NCBI GenBank assembly: GCA_039679545.1
Contig: JBDKUT010000032.1
Span: forward strand, 1 to 29,628
Direction: 5' to 3'
DNA: 29,628 nt
Origin: Thermotogota bacterium
GTDB taxonomy: Bacteria > Bipolaricaulota > Bipolaricaulia > UBA7950 > UBA9294
Below, piece after piece: positions 1 through 10,088 of this stretch. The position numbers were made by a program, and so were the translations under genes. Numbering within the stretch: the stretch's first letter is position 1; each line of letters opens with the position of its first letter. The notes beneath the pieces are model-generated. The model was given only the letters and a program-made list of their open reading frames with translations. It had not been told where the DNA came from and searched no databases.

Positions 1-2
1 GT

Positions 3-1265
3 GTTCGACGGCCGCAGATTGAACCACCACGCGTCGTACGTGACCGTCAGGCCATCCAAATGATCGACCTCCCCGTCGCCGAAACGTTGCTCCACGGCCT
101 CCAGCACGGCTCGAGGGTCTTCGACCCGGAAGTTTCGCTCCCCAGAGTGAGAGTACCGGCGAAGCGGTGCCACGAGCTCAGCCAGAGACTTCCCTAGCCC
201 GTCCAAGATCCGTAACACCTGCAGCATGGCATAGATCCCGCTCTCGCAGTAGAAGAAGTCCTCGAAGTAGAAGTGGTATGAGAGCTCTCCCGCGAACAGC
301 GCCTCGACATCCCTCATCTGCTGCTTGATAAACGCGTGGCCGACTCTTGTCCGAATCGGCTCACCGCCCGCCTCGCGGATCACTTGCGGAACGATGCGGC
401 TCGCGCGGAGGTCGTACAGGACTCGCCGACCGTGGTGCCTCTCAAGCAGCTCTCGCGCGATCAGCGCCGTGATAAGATCACCTCGGACGACACTTCCGTC
501 CTCATCGAGAAGACAGACACGGTCGCCGTCGCCGTCAAACGCCACCCCGATCGACGGAGAACACGCCAGGACCCTAGCCTTCAGCTCGGCAAGGTTGGCG
601 TCGATCAGGGGGTTCGGATCATGGTTCGGGAACCGGCCGTCGGGCTCGAAGAATAGTGGCCGGAATCGGATGGCCTGACGGCTCAGAATGTCGGGAAGGA
701 TCGCCCCAACTGCACCGTTGCCGGCATCGATACACACAGGCACGTCCAGGGTCACCTGGAAGCGATCCTTAAAGAACGCTACGTACTTCCCCAGCACGTC
801 CTCCCGCTTGCTCTGACAGCAACCACTGGGCTGACGCTTGGACGGTCCGGCCATGGCGAGTTCCTGTACCCCGCGCAGCCCCGTGTCGGAACTGATTGGG
901 ATCGCCTTCTCCCGCACGAGCTTGAAGCCGTTGTAGCCTGCGGGATTGTGGGACGCTGTCACCATGGCTCCCCCCGCAGCACTCAGCACGTTCACCGCGA
1001 AGTACAGCATGGGCGTCGTACAGAGACCGATATCGATGACATCTGCACCCTCCGCCAGGACGCCCGAAGCCAGTGCCTCCGCGAGCACGGCTGAGCTCTC
1101 CCTGGCGTCTCGGCCCACGACGATCCGCATCGCACTAGAACGCGAGAGAAACAGCACCAGCGCAGAGCCTATGCGCCGTGCGACGGCCTCGTCAATCTGG
1201 CTCGGAAAGACTCCCCGAATGTCGTAGGCCTTGAAGATTGAAGGGTCGATGCTCGTGCGCCTCAT
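3..1265 (-). CDS. Phosphomannomutase/phosphoglucomutase, 3' end runs off the window (missing from the ORF track)
   Basis: Manual translation from ATG at 1265: MRRTSIDPSIFKAYDIRG; phosphoserine loop VTASHNPAGYNGFK (~920-965); metal loop AFDGDGDR (~520-542); FAGELSYHFYF near the window edge. Confidence 0.93.
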   Translation of the reverse strand, partial: MRRTSIDPSIFKAYDIRGVFPSQIDEAVARRIGSALVLFLSRSSAMRIVVGRDARESSAVLAEALASGVLAEGADVIDIGLCTTPMLYFAVNVLSAAGGAMVTASHNPAGYNGFKLVREKAIPISSDTGLRGVQELAMAGPSKRQPSGCCQSKREDVLGKYVAFFKDRFQVTLDVPVCIDAGNGAVGAILPDILSRQAIRFRPLFFEPDGRFPNHDPNPLIDANLAELKARVLACSPSIGVAFDGDGDRVCLLDEDGSVVRGDLITALIARELLERHHGRRVLYDLRASRIVPQVIREAGGEPIRTRVGHAFIKQQMRDVEALFAGELSYHFYFEDFFYCESGIYAMLQVLRILDGLGKSLAELVAPLRRYSHSGERNFRVEDPRAVLEAVEQRFGDGEVDHLDGLTVTYDAWWFNLRPSN

Positions 1266-1360
1266 CCCCGCATTCCTCTCTGTTCTGCACAGCACCAATC
1301 GCGCAGCACATCACAGGCACGGGGCGGCGGTCCGGGTTCCCTCTCGTGCGGCACGCTTGG

Positions 1361-2113
1361 TCAGCTGCCCCCGTGTTGCCTGCGGTACGCCTCCACGACC
1401 TCCCCCGCCTCGCCGATCTGCACGACGCACCCACGTTCCAGCCAAAGCACATCGTGGCACCAACCTTCAACGGCCTTGAGGTCGTGACTAACGAAGAGGA
1501 TTGTCTTGCCGGCCGTCTTGAACTCCTCGATGCGCGCCTTGCTCTTTGCGGAGAAGCTGCTGTCTCCGACGGAGAGAACCTCATCCAGCAGCAGGATGTC
1601 TGGATCCACGTTGACTGCAACGGAGAATGCTAGGCGCATGAACATTCCCGACGAGTACGTACGGACAGGGGCGTCAATGAAGTCCTCGAGCTCAGCGAAC
1701 CGCGTGATCTCGCCAAGAAGGTCGCGGATTCGCTTTCGGCTAAGTCCCAGGGCCAAACCACTGATGTAGACGTTCTCTCGCCCGGTAAGGTCAGGGTGAA
1801 AACCGATGCCAAGGCTCAGGAGAGCGGATACTCGGCCGTTCACTCGGATGTGCCCCGATGTGGGATGATAGATGCCGGCAACCAACTTGAGGAGCGTGCT
1901 CTTGCCAGCTCCGTTCGGGCCAACGATCCCGAGCACCCTGCCCTGCTCCACCGCGAGACTGACGTCGCTCAGAGCGGTGAACCTCCGCTCCTTTACCTGC
2001 CCATCAAAGGCCTTCACCCCGCGAGTCAGAAGGTCTTTCAACGTCGTGTGTCCTCCCAATGTCAGTTTCGGGAACGTCTTCGAGACATTCCTGAACTCGA
2101 CTTGTGTGCTCAT
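1361..2113 (-). CDS. wzt: Polysaccharide ABC exporter ATP-binding subunit (Wzt/TagH type), about 250 aa, no C-terminal carbohydrate-binding domain
   Basis: Walker A GPNGAGKST, signature YSSGM, Walker B LLLDE, SHD; start MSTQVEF overlaps the wzm stop by 4 nt. Confidence 0.93.
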   Translation of the reverse strand: MSTQVEFRNVSKTFPKLTLGGHTTLKDLLTRGVKAFDGQVKERRFTALSDVSLAVEQGRVLGIVGPNGAGKSTLLKLVAGIYHPTSGHIRVNGRVSALLSLGIGFHPDLTGRENVYISGLALGLSRKRIRDLLGEITRFAELEDFIDAPVRTYSSGMFMRLAFSVAVNVDPDILLLDEVLSVGDSSFSAKSKARIEEFKTAGKTILFVSHDLKAVEGWCHDVLWLERGCVVQIGEAGEVVEAYRRQHGGS

Positions 2114-2898
2114 AGGTATTCGGGGAACACCTCGCGATTGCGGTCGAAGAGCTGCGTCGCGCCTGCGATGATCACAAGAGCAAGGAGAGCAACGCATCCA
2201 AGGCCCTTCCAGCTCGGCCACGTATTGTAGAAGAAGATGTTTCGGTACGAGTTGATGATTACCGCCAGTGGGTTCAGCGCCAGGATTCCTCTAAACCGCC
2301 CGGGAAGGGATGAGAAGTCGTACATAACGGGCGTCATGAAGACCGCAATCATGAGGAAGTGTCCGATCAGGTATCGCATGTCTCGGACAAAGACGTTGAT
2401 CGTGGAGGTCAAGAAGACGATCCCAAGTGTCAAGAGGAACTGTGTCGCCATGACAACGGGAAGCGCCAATATGCCCCATCCTAGGTCTATCTGGAAGAAC
2501 AGCAACAGCGCCAACATGACTGGCAACGCGAAAATGTAGTTCATCATCCCCGTGCACACGGCCACAACGGGCAGTACATCCGAAGGAAAGACCGAGCTGC
2601 GAAGGAACGCTCCGTGGTCAACGAGGCACGACGTGCCCGCAGTTACGGAGTCGCTGAACCACATCATCCACGGCAGGAGTCCTGTGACCAGGAACGCCGG
2701 GTAATTCGCAGTGCCAATCTTGAGGAAGTACGAGAAAACTAGTGTGTACACAACCATGAAGACGAGCGGATTGGCGAGTGTCCAGAGGAAACCGAGGAAT
2801 GAGTTGCGGTATCGCAGCTTCAACTCCCTTTTCGTCAGCTCGACAATGAGCCATCGCTGCCGAACTGCGTTCCTAAGGACATGCTCAAGACCGGTCAT
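2110..2898 (-). CDS. wzm: Polysaccharide ABC exporter permease (Wzm)
   Basis: RELKLRYRNSFLGFLWTLANP, multiple hydrophobic helices, TPVMY and LNPL motifs; coupled to wzt. Confidence 0.93.
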   Translation of the reverse strand: MTGLEHVLRNAVRQRWLIVELTKRELKLRYRNSFLGFLWTLANPLVFMVVYTLVFSYFLKIGTANYPAFLVTGLLPWMMWFSDSVTAGTSCLVDHGAFLRSSVFPSDVLPVVAVCTGMMNYIFALPVMLALLLFFQIDLGWGILALPVVMATQFLLTLGIVFLTSTINVFVRDMRYLIGHFLMIAVFMTPVMYDFSSLPGRFRGILALNPLAVIINSYRNIFFYNTWPSWKGLGCVALLALVIIAGATQLFDRNREVFPEYL

Positions 2899-4031
2899 GC
2901 CGTGTCTTCACTCCCCCTAGAACAACCTGCGCAGCTCCGAGCAACTCTGTCAGCAATTCGCACTGCCGCCTTGCCGTCCCCAAAGGGATTCGGCGCGTTG
3001 GCCATCTTGGCGTATATCTTAGGATCATGGAGAAGCCGCCGGACTTCCGCGACGATTGTCGCAGGATCAGTCCCCACAAGCTTCCCAGCTCCGCTCTCAA
3101 GAAGCTCTACTCGTTCCGTGACTTCGCGCGTGACTAGTACGGGCTTGGAAAGCGAAGGAGCCTCCTCCTGAATTCCTCCCGAGTCCGTCAGAACGAGGTA
3201 CGCGCGCTCCATGAGGTGCACGAACTCCACATAGTCCAGCGGCTCCAGAAGGTGAATCCGCTCCTCACGCCCCAAGAGCTCGTGGACAGGCCCGCGTACA
3301 TTGGGGTTGAGATGAACCGGATAGACGATCTCTACATCGGACTCCAGGCGGACGATCTCAAGCAGAGCCTTGCAGATGTTTCGGAGTCCGTCTCCGAAGC
3401 TCTCCCTGCGGTGGCCGGTAATGAGAACGATGCGGCGATCTGCTGGGACATGCTCCAGTTCAGGGATTGCGCGGCGCGCGGTTCTCTTCAGAGTCCAGAG
3501 AAGAGCGTCAATCACCGTATTCCCCGTGACCTCGACCTGAGCCTCCGGCACTCCCTCACGCACGAGGTTCTGCTTCGCGCGTGGGGTTGAAGCGAAGTAT
3601 AGGTCAGCCAGAACGTCGACGATACGCCGGTTGGCCTCCTCGGGAAACGGACTGTCCTTGCGATCGGTTCGTAGACCTGCTTCGACATGCCCGACGGGCA
3701 CGTGCAGGTAGAACGCCGCTAGCGCTCCAGCCATGGCAGACGTTGTGTCTCCCTGAACCAAGACGAGATCGGGACTCTCGGTCTGGATAACGTCGCGGAG
3801 TCCGAGAAGTGCCGCGGACGTCACGTCAAACAGCGTCTGGCCCGGTTTCATTAGGTCGAGATCTCGGTCGGCGTGAATCTCGAAAAGCCGAAGGAATGGG
3901 TCGAGCATCTCCCGATGCTGACCGGTGATGCACACGCACGACTCCATGTCTGCACGATGCTCCAGCTCGTGGAGAACCGGAGCCATCTTGATTGCCTCGG
4001 GTCGTGTGCCAAAGATCGAGAGCACTCTCAT
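2895..4031 (-). CDS. wecB: UDP-N-acetylglucosamine 2-epimerase (non-hydrolysing)
   Basis: FGTRPEAIKMAP, TGQHREM, QGDTTS, GHVEAGLRT, FPEEANR, TDSGGIQEEAP, NPFGDG. Confidence 0.97.
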   Translation of the reverse strand: MRVLSIFGTRPEAIKMAPVLHELEHRADMESCVCITGQHREMLDPFLRLFEIHADRDLDLMKPGQTLFDVTSAALLGLRDVIQTESPDLVLVQGDTTSAMAGALAAFYLHVPVGHVEAGLRTDRKDSPFPEEANRRIVDVLADLYFASTPRAKQNLVREGVPEAQVEVTGNTVIDALLWTLKRTARRAIPELEHVPADRRIVLITGHRRESFGDGLRNICKALLEIVRLESDVEIVYPVHLNPNVRGPVHELLGREERIHLLEPLDYVEFVHLMERAYLVLTDSGGIQEEAPSLSKPVLVTREVTERVELLESGAGKLVGTDPATIVAEVRRLLHDPKIYAKMANAPNPFGDGKAAVRIADRVARSCAGCSRGSEDTA

Positions 4032-4247
4032 AGCTCCGGCTCCTCCATGTGCGGAGTATACGAGTGGCTTCGAGAAGCGGCAAAGCTTAGCCGCCTCCCC
4101 AGGGACGTGGCAGCGGCTAGTCTGACCCGTGCATTCGCACTACACAGCGACCTACGACTCTCCCACTGTGCGACAACTCACCACACCGCAAGCGAAGCGG
4201 TACAACGGCCACGCCCCGGAAGCACGGAGCTCTGCGATCGAGAGAGG

Positions 4248-5954
4248 TCACGCCTCTCTCGATCGCAGAGCGGCGGCAACTTGGCGCAACTCGGCGGCCG
4301 GATCTGGTCCTAGATCGAAGGTCTCTACACTTCGCCCGTTCTCCACCAGGGCTTGCGCATCCCCGACCGCCAGGGCGCGCAGGAGCACTCCGAACGTGAG
4401 GCCTGGAGCTCCCAGTTCCTCGCTCCCGGGAATCGGGATATCTTCGCCGTGCGTCCCAATCAACTGGATGAACAGTCCTCGTCCCGCGTCGCCCTTGTGC
4501 AGTTGGCCCGTCGAGTGAAGGAATCGAGGCGCATATCCCACAGTGGTCGGAAGGGTCATTCTGTCGCGCAAGGCATCTCGAAGTGCGCCAAGTGACTCCG
4601 AGGTCTCACGATCCGGCGACAGGTATGCCTGCAATGCGACGTAGCCACCGGGTTTCGCCTTGGCAAGCGCGCTGGCCAGCGCGGCCTCCGTGACCTGAGT
4701 GTCGTCGGACAGGGACCGGCCCGTACGCCACGCCATGACGGCGTTGCGCGCCCGCTCCTTCGACAGCTCGACATCCGGCTGGTCGAAGGGATTCACGTCA
4801 AGGATGTGGCCGGCGACGGCGGTGGCGAACTGCCAAAGGAACAGCTGCCCAGCAAGTTCATTGAGGTCGCCGACATCGATGCGAAGCACGGGATGCCCGG
4901 CATCGGCGAACGCTGCCAGCTTGTCATCCGCAGAAGGGTCGCCTCGCATGCGGATGTGGACGAAAACGCGGTCGCTACAGTAGTCTCTCGGAAAGCCGAG
5001 TGACTCTCCGACGATGGGTAGAATACCCTTCTCATCCTTTCCTGTGCTCTCGGCGATCAGCTGCTCGAGCCAGGGACCAAGACCCGTAATGGTGGGAGAC
5101 AGCACAAACGTCAGCTTGTCCCGCCCCTCAAGCGCGAAGCCCCCGAGAAGCCCGCCAAGCCATACCCCAGGATTGCCGTTCATACGAACGGTAGGTTCGC
5201 AGCGTTCGGCCATTCTCCGAGCTTGCTGGAGAAAGGAATCGAGGTCGACGCCGAGGAGGCTCGCGGGGAGGAGCCCGACAAACGACAACGCTGCGTAGCG
5301 CCCGCCGAGAGTCGGATCGTTGAGGAAGACATGCCGGAATTGATGCTTTTCTGCTAGGGCAGCCAGCGGAGTTCCCGGGTCGGTCACCGCAACGAAGTGT
5401 GCTCCCGCTTCGCCCGGACCGAGCGCACGAACGACGACATCATGGAAGTACCGAAAGAGCGCGAGAGTTTCAACGGTGGTTCCAGACTTCGACGATACAA
5501 CGAACAGCGCACTCGCAGGTTCGAGGCAATCCGTGTAGGCGCGAACCGCCTGCGGATGAGTGCTGTCAAAGACATCAACACGGAGGGAGTCTGGTGCTCC
5601 ACAGAAGCTGCGGCCAAGGGTCTCGGCGATGAGACTGGCTCCGCCCATGCCCAAGACAGTCGCCGTGCGGAGGCCGTCACGACGAAGCTCATCGCGAAAT
5701 GCTCTCAAGATGGGAACCGACGGCACCATGGCGTCGTACGTGCGCAGCCAACCGAGGCGGCTTGCCGTCTTGTCGGGGTCTCCCTTCCACAGCGTGGGAT
5801 CACCACTCCAGAGCCGCATGGCAACCTGCTCCCGGGTCAGGGTCCGTACGATCTTTGCCCATCGGTCAGGGACTCGCGTGATCTGAAGACCACGCAACGA
5901 ACTTACCCCGCATGCTCCCGTCGCGCGTAATCGAACACGCTCGCCATTCTTCAT
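4248..5954 (-). CDS. pgi: Glucose-6-phosphate isomerase (PGI domain of the Tal-Pgi type, stand-alone); start uncertain
   Basis: LGMGGAS, SSKSGTTVET, VTDPGT, GGRYAALS, WLEQLIAESTGK, NPFDQPDVE, RFLHSTGQLHKG. Confidence 0.88.
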   Translation of the reverse strand: MKNGERVRLRATGACGVSSLRGLQITRVPDRWAKIVRTLTREQVAMRLWSGDPTLWKGDPDKTASRLGWLRTYDAMVPSVPILRAFRDELRRDGLRTATVLGMGGASLIAETLGRSFCGAPDSLRVDVFDSTHPQAVRAYTDCLEPASALFVVSSKSGTTVETLALFRYFHDVVVRALGPGEAGAHFVAVTDPGTPLAALAEKHQFRHVFLNDPTLGGRYAALSFVGLLPASLLGVDLDSFLQQARRMAERCEPTVRMNGNPGVWLGGLLGGFALEGRDKLTFVLSPTITGLGPWLEQLIAESTGKDEKGILPIVGESLGFPRDYCSDRVFVHIRMRGDPSADDKLAAFADAGHPVLRIDVGDLNELAGQLFLWQFATAVAGHILDVNPFDQPDVELSKERARNAVMAWRTGRSLSDDTQVTEAALASALAKAKPGGYVALQAYLSPDRETSESLGALRDALRDRMTLPTTVGYAPRFLHSTGQLHKGDAGRGLFIQLIGTHGEDIPIPGSEELGAPGLTFGVLLRALAVGDAQALVENGRSVETFDLGPDPAAELRQVAAALRSREA

Positions 5955-6218
5955 TTCCACGTAACACACTCCCACCGGCCGCGGGAAACATGACGGCTCA
6001 AGGCCACGCACCCCTCGCTAGACCAGTCTTGGCGGTGGAATCCCGATCGGTGTGCACGGAACCTGATTTCAGCGCGGCGATCGAGTAGCGCCAATTGCCG
6101 CGACTTCCGATTCCCGAGCAGGGAAATGCGGTCCTTTTTAATCGTACTCCCCTTGGCCAATCTCACACACTCTCCCCGCCGATCCCCATAGCAGCATCCC
6201 TCCCGTGTGAGCTTTGCG

Positions 6219-8381
6219 CTACATGAGGAGAATGCTGATGAGTCCCTCGGAGCCGTCCAGAGGCTCCAGTGCCTTCCCCACGAAGCCACATGGCGTCTCG
6301 CTGCCCGGATTCCAGCGCATGGCGCAGCCGGGGGTTGAGGAGGGGACCAGCAGATCTCCAGGGCGAATCGGACCTCCCTCGTCCGTCACCTTCACGGGCA
6401 CAACTCCAACCAGCGCAAGGAGCGCACCACTGGAAGCTCCGGATTCGACCACGATTGAGGAATCGCCACTCTCTGCAGCAAGGACAACTCCCGGGACCGT
6501 CGAGACCACGCCGGCAACGAGGGCTGAGCAGGCACCGCTCGACTTCCGATAGCAGCCCGGGTTCGCCGGGTCTAGTTCCAGGACGTCGCCCGGCCCCACC
6601 CCTTCCGATACCGACACCCACTCAGCGACGTCCGCCGAGCCGATGTGGAACTGGCTGCCGTAGAACGCTCCGTCAGCATAGGTATTACCCTCCGCGTCGA
6701 CCCGGAAGATGGCCTCCGCGGGGCTGAGTTCAAGGTTCAGCCGCCCGGAGCCGTACGTGTTGTCCTTCCCGGAGGTCCCCATGTCGATGGCGGATACCTC
6801 GAGGAGGTTCTGCAACTGATCAGCGGTTCGAGTCGGGTCTTCCGACAGAAGCAGCGCGGCAGCTCCAGCCACGTGAGGCGAGGCCGCGGAGGTGCCGTAG
6901 AAGCTGCCGTACGTGTAGCTCGAAACGCCGTCCACGCCGCAGAGGTCCGGCTTCGTGATGCTCGCCGCATACAGGCTGGTGTTGGACGGTCCACGCGAGC
7001 TGAACGACTCGATCGGGCCGCTCGTCCAGTTGTAGCGGGCAATCGCACCGGCGGCGAGGACCTTCGCGGAGTTGGCGGGCTCGGCGATCGAGCTCGACGC
7101 GATGTGGTGCTGCATCCCGGGATCCGCGCCGGAGTCGAGGTAGGCGAAGAACTCGATCTCCGGTTTGGCCGGGGCAGCGTAGTTCTTGATCACGATCTCG
7201 TAGTATCCCGACGCCGTGACGCTGTAGTAGATCGCCTCGGTGGGCTGTTGATACCCACCCTGATACCCGGTGGACGATGCGACGATCGTGCCAGACGAGT
7301 TGTACAAGTAGAGATCGTAGTCCTGATCCGACGTGGTCCAGTCGTTCCACGTCATGTAGACGCGAACGACGTCCCCGCTACTTGCGTAGATGCGTGCGCC
7401 CTCGTCCCGCGTGTCGCCGTCGACGTAGTCGCTGCCGGTGCCGAAGTCGAGGAAGCCGTCTCCGTCGGTGTCGGTGAACGCCCCCTGCCAGTGGCCATCA
7501 GAGCCCTCGTTCCCGGCGGCGTTGACCCACAGGATGTTGTTGTCCCGCGCGTCGTTGGCCACGCCGGCCACGTCGCCCGTCCCGTCGTAGTAGTCGGTGT
7601 TGTACCAGCCCACGGAGTGGTTGATGACGCGGATCCCGTGGTCGATGCAGTACTGGGCGGCATTGGCCAGATCGACCTCATCGCCGATCAGGAGGAGATA
7701 GAGCGACGCGCCGGGGGCCATGTCCTCGACGATCTCAGCGACGGCCGTGCCGTGCACTTCGCCGGTCGTCTCGACGCCGCTGGATCCGGTGATGTAGTTC
7801 CAGGTGTACGCGACGTGGGCAAGCTCGCCGGCCGCTTGTGCGTCCGCCAGCCCGTCGAACCCGAGGTCGATGATCGCGACCTTGACGCCGACGCCTGTGT
7901 ACCCGGCGCTGTGGAAGACGCTCGCGCCCGTGAGCGCGACGCCCTGGCTCGTCACGACAAGCGGACGTGGCTTGTACGGCTCGCGGATGTAGGCCACGCC
8001 GGAGACCCGGTCGGCGACTTCAAGAAGCCGGTCGACGGGGACGGAAGCGCGGATGAGGGTCTCGGACTTCGCCTCAACGGTGCCGCCGAGCGCGCGAATC
8101 GCCGCCTCATCGAGATTGGCCACGCGGCCGGAGGTCGGCTCGATGATGACGTCGATGCGATCGCCGTCGAGCACGATGCCGGAGTCCTCCGCGCGAGGTT
8201 GGAGAGCAGACGGATTCGAGGTTGCGATCTCGGCAAGAAGCTGAAGGGACGGCGCAAGCCGCGGGTTCGCACGTTCTGGTGGGATGGCTTTCTCCGCGCC
8301 TGCCACGACGGTCGAAACGACCAGCAGTCCGAGGAGAAGACCGAATCCGATCTGGCCGAGGTGCCCTGCCGTCCGATGCAA
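6219..8381 (-). CDS. Secreted S8 (subtilisin-family) serine protease with an inserted beta domain and a C-terminal intramolecular-chaperone-like (Peptidase_G2-like) domain
   Basis: Catalytic triad IIDLGF / HGTAVAE / GTSAASPHVAG, oxyanion AAGNE; hydrophobic signal segment GFGLLLGLLVVSTVVAGA; TTG start at 8381 follows an AAGGAG RBS (ORF-track start 8678 overlaps galE). Confidence 0.88.
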   Translation of the reverse strand: MHRTAGHLGQIGFGLLLGLLVVSTVVAGAEKAIPPERANPRLAPSLQLLAEIATSNPSALQPRAEDSGIVLDGDRIDVIIEPTSGRVANLDEAAIRALGGTVEAKSETLIRASVPVDRLLEVADRVSGVAYIREPYKPRPLVVTSQGVALTGASVFHSAGYTGVGVKVAIIDLGFDGLADAQAAGELAHVAYTWNYITGSSGVETTGEVHGTAVAEIVEDMAPGASLYLLLIGDEVDLANAAQYCIDHGIRVINHSVGWYNTDYYDGTGDVAGVANDARDNNILWVNAAGNEGSDGHWQGAFTDTDGDGFLDFGTGSDYVDGDTRDEGARIYASSGDVVRVYMTWNDWTTSDQDYDLYLYNSSGTIVASSTGYQGGYQQPTEAIYYSVTASGYYEIVIKNYAAPAKPEIEFFAYLDSGADPGMQHHIASSSIAEPANSAKVLAAGAIARYNWTSGPIESFSSRGPSNTSLYAASITKPDLCGVDGVSSYTYGSFYGTSAASPHVAGAAALLLSEDPTRTADQLQNLLEVSAIDMGTSGKDNTYGSGRLNLELSPAEAIFRVDAEGNTYADGAFYGSQFHIGSADVAEWVSVSEGVGPGDVLELDPANPGCYRKSSGACSALVAGVVSTVPGVVLAAESGDSSIVVESGASSGALLALVGVVPVKVTDEGGPIRPGDLLVPSSTPGCAMRWNPGSETPCGFVGKALEPLDGSEGLISILLM

Positions 8382-8482
8382 TCGCGACTCCTTCTGTCCC
8401 CAGCCCTTTCTGCGCTTGACTAGTATACCTAGGAAACGGGAAGAGGTTCCCCGAGAGGAACACGCAGTGCACTCAGCAGGGC

Positions 8483-9466
8483 CTACGTCCACCCTCGCCG
8501 CTCGCGCTTGAGGCGCCACTCCCAGGCGGTCGTCACCATGGATTCGAGATCCGGGTGGCGCGGACGCCAGCCGAGGGCGGCCTGGGCCTTTCGGACGTCG
8601 GCGACAAGCGCGGCCGGATCGCCGGGCCGCCGTGGCGCCGTGACGGCAGGAATCGTCCGGCCGGTGATGCGTCGACACCCCTCGACGACCTCGCTCACCG
8701 TGTGGCCGGCACCGGTCCCGAGGTTGTACGCCCCTCCCGGCAGACCCTGGCGGAGCCGATCGAGCGCCGCGACGTGGGCGTCGGCGAGGTCGCTCACGTG
8801 GACGAAGTCGCGCATGCAGGTCCCGTCGGGCGTGTCGTAGTCCGACCCGAAGAACTCAAGGCGCTTCTTCCGCCCGAGCGCGACCTCAAGAGCGAGGGGG
8901 ATCAGGTGCGTCTCCGGATCGTGCCACTCTCCGAGCTCGAGCTCTGGATCCGCGCCCGCAGCGTTGAAGTAGCGAAGGGACACGGACCCGATCCCGTCGG
9001 CGGCTCTGGTCTCAAGAACCTGCTCGAAGAGCCACTTGCTGCGCCCGTAGGGGGTCTTCGGATTCTTCGGGTCTTCCTCGCGAATCGGAAGGCGTGTGGG
9101 ATCGCCGTAGACGGACGCGCTGGAGCTGAAGACAAAGTGCCGCACGCGGTGGCGGATCGCCTCCTCGAGCAGGCGGAGGCTGCCGACGACGTTCTGGCGG
9201 TAGCACTCGACCGGATCGGCCAGGGACCTGGCAATGTTCGTCTCGGCGGCGAAGTGCAGCACGGCGTCGATCGGGCCGCTCGCGAAGACCCGGCGGAGCG
9301 CCTCAGGGTCGAGGAGGTCGCCCAACACGAACTCCTTAGAGAGGACCAGCTCTCGGCGCCCTTGCGAGAGGTTGTCGAAGACGACGACCTCGTCGCCGTG
9401 CTCGAGAAGCGCCTTGACGGCGTGGGAACCGACGTACCCTGCTCCGCCCGTTACGAGGACTCTCAT
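8483..9466 (-). CDS. galE: UDP-glucose 4-epimerase
   Basis: VLVTGGAGYVGSH, FSSSASVYG, YGRSK, LRYFNAAGA, PETHLIP, DGTCMRDFVHV, RRPGDP. Confidence 0.95.
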   Translation of the reverse strand: MRVLVTGGAGYVGSHAVKALLEHGDEVVVFDNLSQGRRELVLSKEFVLGDLLDPEALRRVFASGPIDAVLHFAAETNIARSLADPVECYRQNVVGSLRLLEEAIRHRVRHFVFSSSASVYGDPTRLPIREEDPKNPKTPYGRSKWLFEQVLETRAADGIGSVSLRYFNAAGADPELELGEWHDPETHLIPLALEVALGRKKRLEFFGSDYDTPDGTCMRDFVHVSDLADAHVAALDRLRQGLPGGAYNLGTGAGHTVSEVVEGCRRITGRTIPAVTAPRRPGDPAALVADVRKAQAALGWRPRHPDLESMVTTAWEWRLKRERRGWT

Positions 9467-9508
9467 GACCCGTCCAGGATACCCGGCGCGGCGTTGGTTT
9501 CGGAAAGG

Positions 9509-9667
9509 CGTTCGTAGATGGACGTAGCGTCGCACCTTGGTACGACGTTCGTGAACGGACGTAGCGTCTATGCGCTCGGTTCACACGCGAGAGCGCACCG
9601 CACCTTGCGTGCGACGTTCGTGAACGTCGGGGTCGAGGTGAACGTCGGAGACAAGCTCCGACGCTAC
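9509..9667. repeat. REP-like cluster A: three GTAG-CGTC...GACG-TTC hairpin units, two on + and one on -
   Basis: GTAG(9524)-cgtcgcacc-tt-ggtacgacg; GTAG(9561)-cgtc-[tgcgctc..gagcgca hairpin]-gcac..gtgcgacg; minus-strand GTAG(9667)-cgtcggag-cttgt-ctccgacg-ttc. Confidence 0.85.
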
Positions 9668-9734
9668 AGCGCCATAAGCGGCCGACACTACGGCCCCATA
9701 GACCGCCGACGCCGTGGGACGAACGCCACAACCA

Positions 9735-10088
9735 TCAAACTGGGTGTTCCAAGAAGTCGGCTATCTTCGACAGGATGGCCGACAAGCGCTGAGACGAGAT
9801 CTCGCCGAGTACGCCCGCGATCATCGTCCCTTCGAGCGTGGCAAGCTTGCCGGTTCTGATGACGGAGCGCTCCTTGAGCCCGGACTCGTCGAAGTCGACG
9901 TCGGTTACCTCGACTACCTCATCCCAGTTCGCGACGGCGTGCCTAAGTTGGGATGTGATTGCACAGACCAGCCAGTCGTTGAACGGGCCTGGCAGCTGGG
10001 CTAAGAGAAGGACGGGCCGATACTTCCCCTGCTGCAAATCCGCCTGCGGGAACCGAACGAGGGCAACATGGCCCGGCTGGGGTCTCAT
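9735..10088 (-). CDS. PemK/MazF-family endoribonuclease toxin
   Basis: PGHVALVRFPQAD...GKYRPVLLL...VCAITS...GLKERSVIRTGKLAT; 4-nt overlap with the upstream small gene. Confidence 0.88.
   Translation of the reverse strand: MRPQPGHVALVRFPQADLQQGKYRPVLLLAQLPGPFNDWLVCAITSQLRHAVANWDEVVEVTDVDFDESGLKERSVIRTGKLATLEGTMIAGVLGEISSQRLSAILSKIADFLEHPV

Noticed and set aside
4032..4247. ops/JUMPstart element or ncRNA upstream of wecB
   Set aside because: Only a short hairpin (gcggcaaagcttagccgc) and no convincing match to GGCGGTAG; insufficient support
6219..6720. Prophage remnant
   Set aside because: The phage-like domain is fused in-frame to a cellular protease and no other phage genes are present
6645..8423. 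592-aa + strand ORF and other long antisense or alternate-frame ORFs (e.g. 8555-9517, 22776-24296, 24083-25621, 28559-29545)
   Set aside because: They overlap well-supported genes, carry no recognisable motifs, and are expected shadows in high-GC DNA
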